Origin: Escherichia phage vB_EcoM_Schickermooser
Sequence record: NC_048196.1
Strand: one strand, 5' to 3'
Length of the DNA stretch: 64,000 nucleotides
Shown piece after piece: positions 28,377-37,035 of the stretch (positions are counted from its first letter, which is position 1; each line of letters opens with the position of its first letter). The notes beneath the pieces were generated by a model. It saw nothing but the letters and a program-made list of their open reading frames with translations. It ran no database searches and was not told the DNA's origin. Position numbers and translations under genes: made by a program.

Positions 28377-28794
28377 CTAAAATCTCCTCTTTTGTAATAT
28401 TATCCAACTCTTTAAAGGATGAAATCTCGTTTAATAATCCTATTTGATCAGCCTCTAGAGGATAAGTGTTTTTATCTGTTTTTCTAGACAGAATATCTTC
28501 AACAAACTTATCAATAGCCAAAGAAGAATCATAAAATTTTAAAAGTTGGTAATCCATAGGAGATATTTTGTCATCTCTTAGAAATATTTCTAACATGTTT
28601 TCAGGAGTATCGTGGTTTAGTTTATGTTCACCAAAAATATTAACTTCGTAAACATCTTTGCCAAACCAACGTTTCTTCTTTTCAACAGTATAGGTTTTTG
28701 CCACCAGACCATCTAAACAGTTTCTTGCCCTCTTACATGTTTGACGGTAAGAGTGGATAGCGCCTTCAACAAACTTAGCAGGAACTTGTAACAT
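28360..28794 (-). CDS. hypothetical protein
   Basis: 144-aa ORF. Confidence 0.5.
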   Translation of the reverse strand: MLQVPAKFVEGAIHSYRQTCKRARNCLDGLVAKTYTVEKKKRWFGKDVYEVNIFGEHKLNHDTPENMLEIFLRDDKISPMDYQLLKFYDSSLAIDKFVEDILSRKTDKNTYPLEADQIGLLNEISSFKELDNITKEEILDGIRL

Positions 28795-28818
28795 TATTAA
28801 TCTCCTATGTTTAAGAAA

Positions 28819-28834
28819 TGCCCCCGAAGGGGCA
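28819..28834. terminator. intergenic stem-loop TGCCCC-CGAA-GGGGCA
   Basis: GC-rich hairpin flanked by T-rich sequence on both strands. Confidence 0.4.
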
Positions 28835-28839
28835 GTTTG

Positions 28840-29532
28840 TTAAATAGCGGTTCCTTCGAAATCCGCCACATTTACGAGATTAATATTTTCAGATTTAGAA
28901 GTCAAGTTGTTTTCTGCAACAGATTTTTCTTCAGTATCCGCCTCGTTACCTGCCACGTTACGAGGTTCTTCTTCACCGTAGGGATTACCGAATTTCAAAA
29001 GATTGATCAATTCTTCTTTGGAGAAGTTTTCTAAATCATCATCTGTTAATTCAATAATCTCGTCTTGTTCTTCAATAAATGTTTCACCACCAGAAAAAGC
29101 ATCTCGCTTTTTAGCTACTTCCATAGCCTGTTCTGGTGTTGCCCCTGCATCAAGAGCAGCTAAAGCAAAGTCTGACCCGCTTCCTACCGCATAATATTCT
29201 TCATCAATCGGATATGCACGTGTTGGGTTATTACCTTCGTGCAGGAAAATACGTCCGTCTGGATGAACAACAAGTGCAATAAACTCTTCATCTTCTTTAT
29301 CTGGATCAGAGTGAATCATCAAACCAGGGACAGCATCACGTGCTGCTTCGCACTGTAGATTTTGTTCAAACCATTGAAAGAAAGAAAGCACGGAGGTCAG
29401 ACGACCAGCACCACCTACAAGGTAATCTCCAATTTTTCGGACCTTTTTGAAATTAATAGAATCTACACGTCCACCAAAAGTTACCTTACCGTCACTCAAA
29501 ATCTTATTTTTGGTTGCAATAATTGTCGTCAC
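28840..29532 (-). CDS. HslV/proteasome-beta-like Ntn-hydrolase peptidase
   Basis: N-terminus MTTIIATKN (Thr right after Met), GGAGR and AVGSGSDFALAA resemble HslV; acidic C-terminal extension. Confidence 0.55.
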   Translation of the reverse strand: MTTIIATKNKILSDGKVTFGGRVDSINFKKVRKIGDYLVGGAGRLTSVLSFFQWFEQNLQCEAARDAVPGLMIHSDPDKEDEEFIALVVHPDGRIFLHEGNNPTRAYPIDEEYYAVGSGSDFALAALDAGATPEQAMEVAKKRDAFSGGETFIEEQDEIIELTDDDLENFSKEELINLLKFGNPYGEEEPRNVAGNEADTEEKSVAENNLTSKSENINLVNVADFEGTAI

Positions 29533-30035
29533 TATTCTTCCTCCTCTGTTAATGTTTTAAGAACCGCTTTCCCGCCATTCACATATTTGCAGATGTATTC
29601 TATCGCACGTAGTGTCTCTTTGTCAACAAAAATTTGATCAGACGTTGCGAGCGGGTTATTAAGAAGATCACTACAATCACGAACAAGCAGTGCTTTCTTA
29701 TTAAACAAATTACTTAAGAACAGTAACTTCGCCTCTTCTTCTGTTATGTGCAGAAGGCTAGGATCGGAGCCAGCTATTCCTATTATACAATCAAACAAGC
29801 TTTCTTTACTATCAGAAAGTTCTTGAAAATGGTTTAAAAGCCAATCTTCTCCTAGACACCAACATTTAAACATTTCCAGTTTATCTCGGAGGGTCATATT
29901 CTCTAAAGTAAGAGCAATCTCTTTTTCAATATGGTTTACACAAATTTGACGAAATTCGTTAGGTTTTACGAGTCCCGTTTGATAGCACTCATCTATACCG
30001 CTTCTTCCGATAGCTATTGTTGCTACACCCATCAA
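29532..30035 (-). CDS. hypothetical protein
   Basis: 167-aa ORF. Confidence 0.5.
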   Translation of the reverse strand: MMGVATIAIGRSGIDECYQTGLVKPNEFRQICVNHIEKEIALTLENMTLRDKLEMFKCWCLGEDWLLNHFQELSDSKESLFDCIIGIAGSDPSLLHITEEEAKLLFLSNLFNKKALLVRDCSDLLNNPLATSDQIFVDKETLRAIEYICKYVNGGKAVLKTLTEEEE

Positions 30036-30067
30036 TCCTCCTTATAAATGGCTTCCCTGCCACATTA

Positions 30068-30826
30068 TTAAATAAACACTTCAGTAATCAGTTTAGACAA
30101 ACGTCCACGTTTATTATCGTCCGTTGTCAGTTCAACGTATCCAATAAAATCTACAATTGGCTCACGAACACCTTCTTCATTTTCTGGATATAAAAGTTCC
30201 AAAATTTGATGCAGACCATTGCTACGTTTTTTAATTGCATATGTCTGGCGAACATCGCCTAATACAATAACATGCGTATTAATACCTGCACGTTCAATAA
30301 GAAGTTTAAGTGTTTCTGTTGACATAAGTTGTGCTTCGTCAATAATGACGATTGTATTATCCAGGGTAGCCCCCAACAAATAGTTAGGAATATTCAATTC
30401 GATCTTACCTGATCCAATATCGTTTTCCAATTTGTTGGCTGTCATGAATTGCTGGAAAATACGTTTTGTAGATTCATAGTGTGCTGCTAGTTTATCTGTT
30501 TTATCCCCAGACAAGAAACCAATCTGGTCATCTCCGACTTCAGTAGGGTTCTTGATAAAAAGTAGTTTACGGAAGTCTCCTGAACGAAGCATCTGCAAAG
30601 CTTTCCATAAAGCAACAGAGGTTTTACCAGTCCCTGCCGGAGCATTTACAACAGTCAGATCATTCCAAATCATGCTTTGAACAATCTTATTTTGGTCCCC
30701 TTCAGGCATAAATTCATCTAAACGGTAATCGTCATTACCTACCGCTTTTGCTGCATAACGGCTTTCAATCTTTGCTGAATTAGCCAGTTTCTGCCGTTGT
30801 GTTTTAGCTGCGGTTTTATTTCCCAT
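30068..30826 (-). CDS. phoH: PhoH-like ATPase
   Basis: Walker A NAPAGTGKT; start set to ATG 30826 (AAGGAG upstream) because the listed N-terminal extension covers the terminator hairpin. Confidence 0.75.
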   Translation of the reverse strand: MGNKTAAKTQRQKLANSAKIESRYAAKAVGNDDYRLDEFMPEGDQNKIVQSMIWNDLTVVNAPAGTGKTSVALWKALQMLRSGDFRKLLFIKNPTEVGDDQIGFLSGDKTDKLAAHYESTKRIFQQFMTANKLENDIGSGKIELNIPNYLLGATLDNTIVIIDEAQLMSTETLKLLIERAGINTHVIVLGDVRQTYAIKKRSNGLHQILELLYPENEEGVREPIVDFIGYVELTTDDNKRGRLSKLITEVFI

Positions 30827-30843
30827 AGTAGCACTCCTTTTAG

Positions 30844-30861
30844 AAGGGGCCGAAGCCCCTT
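30844..30861 (-). terminator. recurrent stem-loop AAGGGGC-CGAA-GCCCCTT
   Basis: between lysozyme stop and phoH SD. Confidence 0.45.
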
Positions 30862-30863
30862 TA

Positions 30864-31364
30864 TTAGTTGTAAGCATCTAAAGTTCCAGAAGTCAGAACT
30901 TTAATTACTCGTTCAGCACGGTTTGGCGTCTGGCTATACCATCGGCTTTTACGCATGTTTTTACCTGCTTGAGTATAATATGCATTGCTGATTAAAGTCA
31001 AGCTATTTTGAAACCCTTCAGCACCTTTTAACCCCAACTGGAAAACCATGTTGATTATTCCCAATTTACGAGTATCACTCACCTTATCATAGATTGGTGA
31101 TAAGATAGCACTGTTTTTTATGTCTCTCTTCACTTTTGCAACATCGTCAGCAAAGATTTGACGGGCTTCTTTTTCTGTGATAACTCCATTGGTCTTACGA
31201 CCAAGGAGATTATCTAAGATTTGAATAGCCTTTGCTTTATCTTTTATTTTAGTCAGAAGGTGTCCTATGCCGACTGTCCAATAACCAAGATGGTCTTGAT
31301 AAACAGTAAGCTTCAGTCCTTCATCGACTCGTAGCATATCAAACTCATCTACTACTTTAGCCAT
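30864..31364 (-). CDS. T4-type lysozyme (endolysin, muramidase)
   Basis: DEGLKLTVYQDHLGYWTVGIGHLL and SRWYSQTPNRAERVI closely match T4 lysozyme E as recalled. Confidence 0.8.
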   Translation of the reverse strand: MAKVVDEFDMLRVDEGLKLTVYQDHLGYWTVGIGHLLTKIKDKAKAIQILDNLLGRKTNGVITEKEARQIFADDVAKVKRDIKNSAILSPIYDKVSDTRKLGIINMVFQLGLKGAEGFQNSLTLISNAYYTQAGKNMRKSRWYSQTPNRAERVIKVLTSGTLDAYN

Positions 31365-31371
31365 TTACTTC

Positions 31372-31521
31372 CTATTCGTCGTCTCCTACTCCGTGATCCA
31401 ACTCATTAAACAACAGATGTTCTGGAGAAGTTTCACGTTTTGGTTTCGTTTTCTTTATGTTGGACTTCAGCTCATTTGCCAAAGCACGAGAAAAGATCTT
31501 ACGTTTCTGTTTACTTTTCAT
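31372..31521 (-). CDS. small basic protein (49 aa)
   Basis: GGAG SD upstream; K/R-rich N-terminus. Confidence 0.3.
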   Translation of the reverse strand: MKSKQKRKIFSRALANELKSNIKKTKPKRETSPEHLLFNELDHGVGDDE

Positions 31522-31526
31522 AATTG

Positions 31527-31787
31527 TTACTCCGCAATTTGAGCCATGAGATCACGCAGTTCGGTAAAACCGCCTACGTATGTTACCTCCCCGTTCACTT
31601 CAGACAAAATTTGTGGAAATGTGCGTGGAGGAACTCCGGTAAGATCAACAACTGTTTTAGTCATTGATTCTAAATCGTAGTCTTGGTCAAGACTTAAATA
31701 TTCAAACTGTTTATTGCGCATGGTTAATAGTTGTTTTGACATTTCGCAAAATTGACAGTTAGGTTTACCAAAAATTACAAATTCCAT
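31527..31787 (-). CDS. glutaredoxin (NrdH/Grx-like)
   Basis: CQFC redox motif in GKPNCQFCEMSK; 86 aa. Confidence 0.65.
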   Translation of the reverse strand: MEFVIFGKPNCQFCEMSKQLLTMRNKQFEYLSLDQDYDLESMTKTVVDLTGVPPRTFPQILSEVNGEVTYVGGFTELRDLMAQIAE

Positions 31788-32629
31788 TACCTCTCCTTAT
31801 TAAGTAATACTGCTAAAGACCGTTCAATACCTTTATTTAAATCTGATTTTGTAAGATAGTGACTGGTTACTAGTTGTGACTTCACCGGACGTGCTGCTGG
31901 AGCATTATAGGTTGAAGCTGATACCGCCGATATCTTAACAGGTTCTGGCATCTGTGTCAAGATCTTTTCCGCAAACTCCGCCCAAGAAATAAGATGGCTT
32001 CCTGCAAAATGGTAAGTCTTTACAGATCTTGACCAACCTGTTTTTAATACTTCAAAAATAGCTTCTGCTAAATCTGGGGCATATGTTGGACAAGAGAACT
32101 GATCTGCAACGATAGTAAAATCACGTTGTCCATCATTATAGCGAGACAACATAGTTTTTAGAAAGTTATTTCCAAATTCACTATATACAGACGCTGTTCG
32201 AATAATATATGCGTTCGGGTTAACTCCTCGCACCATTTTTTCACCGAGTTCTTTCGTATACCCATAATTGTTTATCGGGTTAGGTGTAGTATCTTCAAAA
32301 ATAGGATGAGAATAATTAAAAATATAGTCTGTAGAAATATGCACAAAATCAATTTTAAGTTTGCTGCACACTGCCGCAATATTTGCAGGGCCATAGGCAT
32401 TAACAGCCAAAGCAGTAGCAAAATCATGTTCTGCTTTATCTACAGCCGTATAAGCAGCGCAATTAATAACACCATCTACATAATCTTCAATAATAGCGTT
32501 TCGCACAGCTTCAAAATTTGTAATATCTACACGTTCTTTAGGATAAATTAAAGACACATTTGAAGGAGCCACTTTACGTAAAGCTTGTCCCAGTTGTCCA
32601 TTACCACCCAATACCAGATATGTTAGCAT
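31787..32629 (-). CDS. rmlD: dTDP-4-dehydrorhamnose reductase
   Basis: N-terminal GGNGQLG Rossmann motif; about 280 aa; last gene of rml operon. Confidence 0.7.
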   Translation of the reverse strand: MLTYLVLGGNGQLGQALRKVAPSNVSLIYPKERVDITNFEAVRNAIIEDYVDGVINCAAYTAVDKAEHDFATALAVNAYGPANIAAVCSKLKIDFVHISTDYIFNYSHPIFEDTTPNPINNYGYTKELGEKMVRGVNPNAYIIRTASVYSEFGNNFLKTMLSRYNDGQRDFTIVADQFSCPTYAPDLAEAIFEVLKTGWSRSVKTYHFAGSHLISWAEFAEKILTQMPEPVKISAVSASTYNAPAARPVKSQLVTSHYLTKSDLNKGIERSLAVLLNKER

Positions 32630-33189
32630 ACACCCTCGCTACGTAGCTGTTGAAAAGACTTAGCCATTGCATCTTTTGTTGATAAGATAGGTTTAAAATC
32701 TTCGTCAAAAATCATATCGAAGCCCCAATCAATCCCTATATCAGGATCATCCCAACGTAAACTTTGTTCGCTGGAAGGGTCGTATGGAGTTGTGCATTTG
32801 TATTCGAAGATAGCATCCATACTCAACACTATAAAACCATGTGCCAAACCAGGTGGAAGCCAGAACTGTGTATGGTGTCGTGCACGAAGAACAACACCGT
32901 CCCAAGCACCGTAAGTAGGACTATCTTTACGTAGGTCTACAGCGAAATCCAATACTTCCCCACTTACACAACGAACAAGCTTACCTTGCGGATTATTTGT
33001 TTGAAAGTGCATTCCTCGCAAAACACCGAAGTTTGATTTAGACATGTTATCTTGAACGAAAGTTTGTCTACCAATGATATCTTCATATTTTTGTTCATTA
33101 TATGTTTCTAAAAAGAAACCACGGTCATCTTTATAAACGTCTGGTTTGATAATTACCGCACCTTCAATTTTTGTTTTTTCTACTTTCAT
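32623..33189 (-). CDS. rmlC: dTDP-4-dehydrorhamnose 3,5-epimerase
   Basis: start set to ATG 33189 (GGAGG upstream, ATGA overlap with rmlA stop); DDRGFFLE cupin motif. Confidence 0.7.
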   Translation of the reverse strand: MKVEKTKIEGAVIIKPDVYKDDRGFFLETYNEQKYEDIIGRQTFVQDNMSKSNFGVLRGMHFQTNNPQGKLVRCVSGEVLDFAVDLRKDSPTYGAWDGVVLRARHHTQFWLPPGLAHGFIVLSMDAIFEYKCTTPYDPSSEQSLRWDDPDIGIDWGFDMIFDEDFKPILSTKDAMAKSFQQLRSEGVC

Positions 33190-34064
33190 TTTCCCTCCGC
33201 TAATTTGAGTAGGTATTGCCCGTACTCTGTTTTCTTCAGTGAGTTTCCATGGTAGACCAAAGTCTCTAAAGAAATCCACCCTTTTTTGAAAGCAATTTCT
33301 TCCAGGCACGCAATCTTCAATCCTTGACAGTTCTCAATAGTCTGCACGAATTGACCAGCTTCCATCAGACTGGCGTGTGTTCCTGTGTCAAGCCAAGTAA
33401 ATCCTCGTCCGAGAACTTCTACTTGTAACTTCCTGTCTTCGAGGTAGCTGCGATTGATATCGGTGATCTCCAGTTCTCCACGCGCGGAAGGGGTTACTTC
33501 TAATGCACGTTGAATAACAGAGTTATCATAGAAATATAAACCTGTGACAGCATAATCTGATTTAGGATTTTCAGGTTTCTCTTCAATAGAAATAACTTGA
33601 CGATTACTCCCAAATTCAACCACACCGAATCGTTCAGGATCTTTCACCAAACACCCGAAGATACAAGCTCCGCCCCAAACATCTACCATCTCACTAGCGT
33701 TAATCAGTAGTTTACCAAAGCTTTGTCCGAAGAATAGGTTGTCACCTAAAATAAGAGCAACAGAGTCTTCTCCGATAAAATCTTTACCGATGATGAAAGC
33801 GTCCGCAAGACCTCGTGGCTCGGATTGGATTGCGTAAGTGAGTTTTATCCCAAACATAGACCCATCTCCAAGAAGATGCTCAAAGTCTTCCTGATCGCCT
33901 GGTGTGGTGATGATTAAGATATCCTTAATGTCAGCCAACATCAATACCGATAAGGGGTAGTAGATCATAGGTTTGTCATACACAGGGAGCAATTGCTTGC
34001 TCACACTGCGTGTTACCGGATGAAGGCGGGTTCCACTTCCTCCCGCCAAAATAATACCTTTCAT
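33186..34064 (-). CDS. rmlA: glucose-1-phosphate thymidylyltransferase
   Basis: N-terminus [18 protein letters not shown]. Confidence 0.8.
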   Translation of the reverse strand: MKGIILAGGSGTRLHPVTRSVSKQLLPVYDKPMIYYPLSVLMLADIKDILIITTPGDQEDFEHLLGDGSMFGIKLTYAIQSEPRGLADAFIIGKDFIGEDSVALILGDNLFFGQSFGKLLINASEMVDVWGGACIFGCLVKDPERFGVVEFGSNRQVISIEEKPENPKSDYAVTGLYFYDNSVIQRALEVTPSARGELEITDINRSYLEDRKLQVEVLGRGFTWLDTGTHASLMEAGQFVQTIENCQGLKIACLEEIAFKKGWISLETLVYHGNSLKKTEYGQYLLKLAEGK

Positions 34065-34072
34065 AACCCTCC

Positions 34073-35065
34073 TTAAATCTTCTTACTCCACCATTGAGGG
34101 TTGTTTAAGTACCATTCAATCGTTGAGTAGAGATCTTGTTCAAATGTAGAGTTTGCACTCCAACCCAGTTCAGACTCTATTTTAGAAGGATTGATTTCAT
34201 AACGCAAGTCATGTCCTTTACGATCTTCAACAAAAGTTATCAAGTTGGAAGAAGGGTAGGTTCCTGCTTCTGGATGTACAGCATCCATGTAGTCACAAAC
34301 CATATAGATGATCTCCATATTGGTTTTGGGATTACGTGTTCCAACATTATACGTTTGACCTGGTTCTCCACCTGTTGCCACTTGAAGAATAGCTCGCGCA
34401 TGATCCTCAACAAAAAGCCAGTCTCGCACCTGATCGCCTTTACCATACACCGGAATCTCTTTATTCGTCAAGATACTTGTGATGATTTTTGGGATCAGCT
34501 TTTCTGGATGTTGATAAGGTCCAAAGTTATTGGAGCAGTTGGTTATCACAACAGGTAAACCGTAGGTACGGTACCAAGCTTTCACAAGATGGTCAGATGC
34601 TGCCTTAGACGCACTGTACGGGCTTGAAGGCGCATAAGCTGTCTCTTCGGTAAAGGGAACGCCAGAGTCTGCCATATCGCCGTACACTTCGTCTGTGGAG
34701 ACATGTACGAACATCTTAAGTTTATTTTTTGGGAGGAGCCTTGCAGCTTCCAATAAATTGTATGTACCAATAATATTGGAGTCGATGAAAACTCGTGGAT
34801 TCTTGATAGAATTATCCACATGACTCTCTGCCGCTAAGTGAATGATGAAATCGGGATTGCACTCTACTACTAAACTTTTGACCTGGGTTTCGTTTGCCAA
34901 ATCTGTTATGCTTAGTTTAACGTGAGTGATATCGCCTACATTCTCAATATCTGCTGCATAGCCCATCTTATCAACGACAAAAACTTCGTTATTGGGATCT
35001 TGACAAAGAGAGCGCACCACGGCACTCCCAATAAAACCAAGACCACCTGTTACCAGATAGCGCAT
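34073..35065 (-). CDS. rmlB: dTDP-glucose 4,6-dehydratase
   Basis: GGLGFIGS Rossmann motif and YSASK catalytic motif; first of rmlB-A-C-D. Confidence 0.75.
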   Translation of the reverse strand: MRYLVTGGLGFIGSAVVRSLCQDPNNEVFVVDKMGYAADIENVGDITHVKLSITDLANETQVKSLVVECNPDFIIHLAAESHVDNSIKNPRVFIDSNIIGTYNLLEAARLLPKNKLKMFVHVSTDEVYGDMADSGVPFTEETAYAPSSPYSASKAASDHLVKAWYRTYGLPVVITNCSNNFGPYQHPEKLIPKIITSILTNKEIPVYGKGDQVRDWLFVEDHARAILQVATGGEPGQTYNVGTRNPKTNMEIIYMVCDYMDAVHPEAGTYPSSNLITFVEDRKGHDLRYEINPSKIESELGWSANSTFEQDLYSTIEWYLNNPQWWSKKI

Positions 35066-35074
35066 CAGTTCTCC

Positions 35075-35401
35075 TTACCAGACATGTTGAGAAATAATAG
35101 TTTCCGTTTTAATGTTATATTTTTCAAGTAGCTTTGCATAGGCTTCTTTTGCATTCTCATTCAATTGCTCAAGATCTACAGCTATGCTTCCTTCTCCGCC
35201 TTCTAAATCAAGGCCATATATGCAATAAGACTCATCCGCATCGTAGAAAGGAGAGATGCGGCTTAAGTCAAGACCTTCTTGTAAGAACCAGTTAAAATCT
35301 CCGTCAAATTCTTCTTCAATTCTAGGATCTTCTCCTACAGCCTCTTCCCACTTATTAAAAGGTGCACCCTGTAACATACGCCATTCGATATCAATACCCA
35401 T
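35075..35401 (-). CDS. hypothetical acidic protein
   Basis: 108-aa ORF. Confidence 0.5.
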   Translation of the reverse strand: MGIDIEWRMLQGAPFNKWEEAVGEDPRIEEEFDGDFNWFLQEGLDLSRISPFYDADESYCIYGLDLEGGEGSIAVDLEQLNENAKEAYAKLLEKYNIKTETIISQHVW

Positions 35402-35553
35402 TTTTCATCTCCTCCTCTTCTTGAGCAGCTTTAATAATTGCTTCATAAATATCGTAAGCAATGCCTCCACAACATCTAGCTTCGAAAGCTATTGCTTCTG
35501 CAATGTGATCTGTTAATTCTCGTGGAATGCGAACATACTCTTTTTCACTCTCC
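35389..35553 (-). CDS. small hypothetical protein (54 aa)
   Basis: GGAGGTAGAAG SD then ATG. Confidence 0.35.
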
Positions 35554-35697
35554 ATCTTCTACCTCCAACCCTTCTTTTTCAAAGACTACTACTCGTCCCT
35601 CACCATGACAATTCAGGCAAGGAAATGTTACCATAATTTCCACTTCCATCTGTCCCGTCCCACCGCACACAGGACAAAAAATAAGTTTTTCAGCCAC
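35545..35697 (-). CDS. small zinc-ribbon protein (50 aa)
   Basis: GTG start 5 nt after AAGGAGG; CPVCGG ... CLNCHG. Confidence 0.4.
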   Translation of the reverse strand: MAEKLIFCPVCGGTGQMEVEIMVTFPCLNCHGEGRVVVFEKEGLEVEDGE

Positions 35698-35906
35698 TAT
35701 TCCTCCTTAATTATTTCAAATTTGGCAACACCATTTACAATAATATGACCACAAGACATAACTCCTAGCCAAGGATCGCCGTTTTTCTTCAGGCGTTTAC
35801 CGAATACATCACAAAAACCATTCTTCATTTCAGAGGCTTCATAAGAAGCCCCTTTATCAAAAACGTCTTTGAATGTGTCGATTATACCAACACATTTCAA
35901 AATCAT
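35697..35906 (-). CDS. hypothetical protein
   Basis: 69-aa ORF, ATGA overlap with nrdB. Confidence 0.45.
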   Translation of the reverse strand: MILKCVGIIDTFKDVFDKGASYEASEMKNGFCDVFGKRLKKNGDPWLGVMSCGHIIVNGVAKFEIIKEE

Positions 35907-36991
35907 TCGAAGTCAAGCTCCTCATCATCAGAGAGATCTTTGTTAGCTGAATTCAATTTGTAGTTAGTTAACTGAATCTCTTGGGCTGCTGACTGAATCA
36001 AATCAGGATTCAACCATTTTTCCATCCAAGCTAAAGGGCTATGTTTAGGTGCTTTAAACTTGGCTTTCATTTTCAATCGACGATAAATAGGAGCAGCATT
36101 GAAATAAACCCACTGTTTAGACAATTCGGCGTTAAGACCTACAATAAAACGACCTTCACTAAACAGGTAGTCACACCACTGTTCCTCTTGTTCAACAACA
36201 GTGTCGAGGATCAAAGTCAACTCTTCAATATTGTCTTCGTAAATTTTACGCCAAATTGGGTCATGCATCAATGCATCAATTACAGCATAATCCATCTTAA
36301 CATGCAAGATTTCATCTAGCATAATTTTCTGGATCAGTTTACAAGCTCCAACAAACAGTTGTTGTTCTGCCATAGCAAAAGTAGCAGAGAAGGAAGATAT
36401 AAACTGAATACCTTCTAATCCAATCAGGGCTACCATCCCTTTAAGAATCAGCAATCGAAGTTCATCGTTAGCTTCAATCAATCCTAGAGCATACTTATGA
36501 CCAGCTTCTTCCAACTGACCCATGATATCAGCAATGATACCCATACGATTGAAAATTTTATCATTAATCATAATCTGATTGATGACTTCAATTGGATCTG
36601 GAGTACATTGACGGATTATTTCAGAATACGTTAACGCATGGAGAACTTCCATTTCACTCTGCTTCATCATCATAGCACAGGCTTCATTATTACTCAAGAA
36701 TGGAGAGAACAAAGTGATGATTGATTTTGCAAGAGAATCATTTTCCCATTGGAACGATAAGTTTTTAATCATAACATCATAATTGTTTTTAGAACAAGCT
36801 ACGAAATCTTTACGTGTCTGATCCAGATTGACTTCATTCTCATCCCAATCTTGTGCTTTTTGAAGTTTGTAGAGTTTGTGCATCTCTGGATAAGTTACGT
36901 TAACAGAATCAAAGATCCCTAATTGTTCCCCTAAAAATACTGGATATTTTCCTGTTTTGTAAACTTCATTGTGTAAATTAATTGCTGCCAT
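35903..36991 (-). CDS. nrdB: ribonucleotide reductase class Ia beta subunit
   Basis: 362 aa; ferritin-like helical protein adjacent to nrdA. Confidence 0.75.
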   Translation of the reverse strand: MAAINLHNEVYKTGKYPVFLGEQLGIFDSVNVTYPEMHKLYKLQKAQDWDENEVNLDQTRKDFVACSKNNYDVMIKNLSFQWENDSLAKSIITLFSPFLSNNEACAMMMKQSEMEVLHALTYSEIIRQCTPDPIEVINQIMINDKIFNRMGIIADIMGQLEEAGHKYALGLIEANDELRLLILKGMVALIGLEGIQFISSFSATFAMAEQQLFVGACKLIQKIMLDEILHVKMDYAVIDALMHDPIWRKIYEDNIEELTLILDTVVEQEEQWCDYLFSEGRFIVGLNAELSKQWVYFNAAPIYRRLKMKAKFKAPKHSPLAWMEKWLNPDLIQSAAQEIQLTNYKLNSANKDLSDDEELDFE

Positions 36992-37012
36992 TTAAAATTC
37001 TCCTCAATAAAA

Positions 37013-37028
37013 AGGGGCCGAAGCCCCT
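37013..37028 (-). terminator. recurrent stem-loop AGGGGC-CGAA-GCCCCT
   Basis: between nrdA stop and nrdB start. Confidence 0.4.
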
Positions 37029-37035
37029 AGTTTCA

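Noticed and set aside
30826-30877. 17-codon N-terminal extension of phoH in the ORF track
   Set aside because: The extension would force translation through the GGGGCCGAAGCCCC hairpin and overlap the lysozyme stop. The internal ATG at 30826 has a proper AAGGAG SD.
34136-34558. 140-aa plus-strand ORF inside rmlB
   Set aside because: Antisense to a well-supported rmlB gene; Cys/His-rich low-complexity product typical of a spurious frame. Also rejected: plus-strand ORFs inside nrdA/nrdB (36041, 37379, 38020) and inside the ThyX-like gene (40501, 40659).
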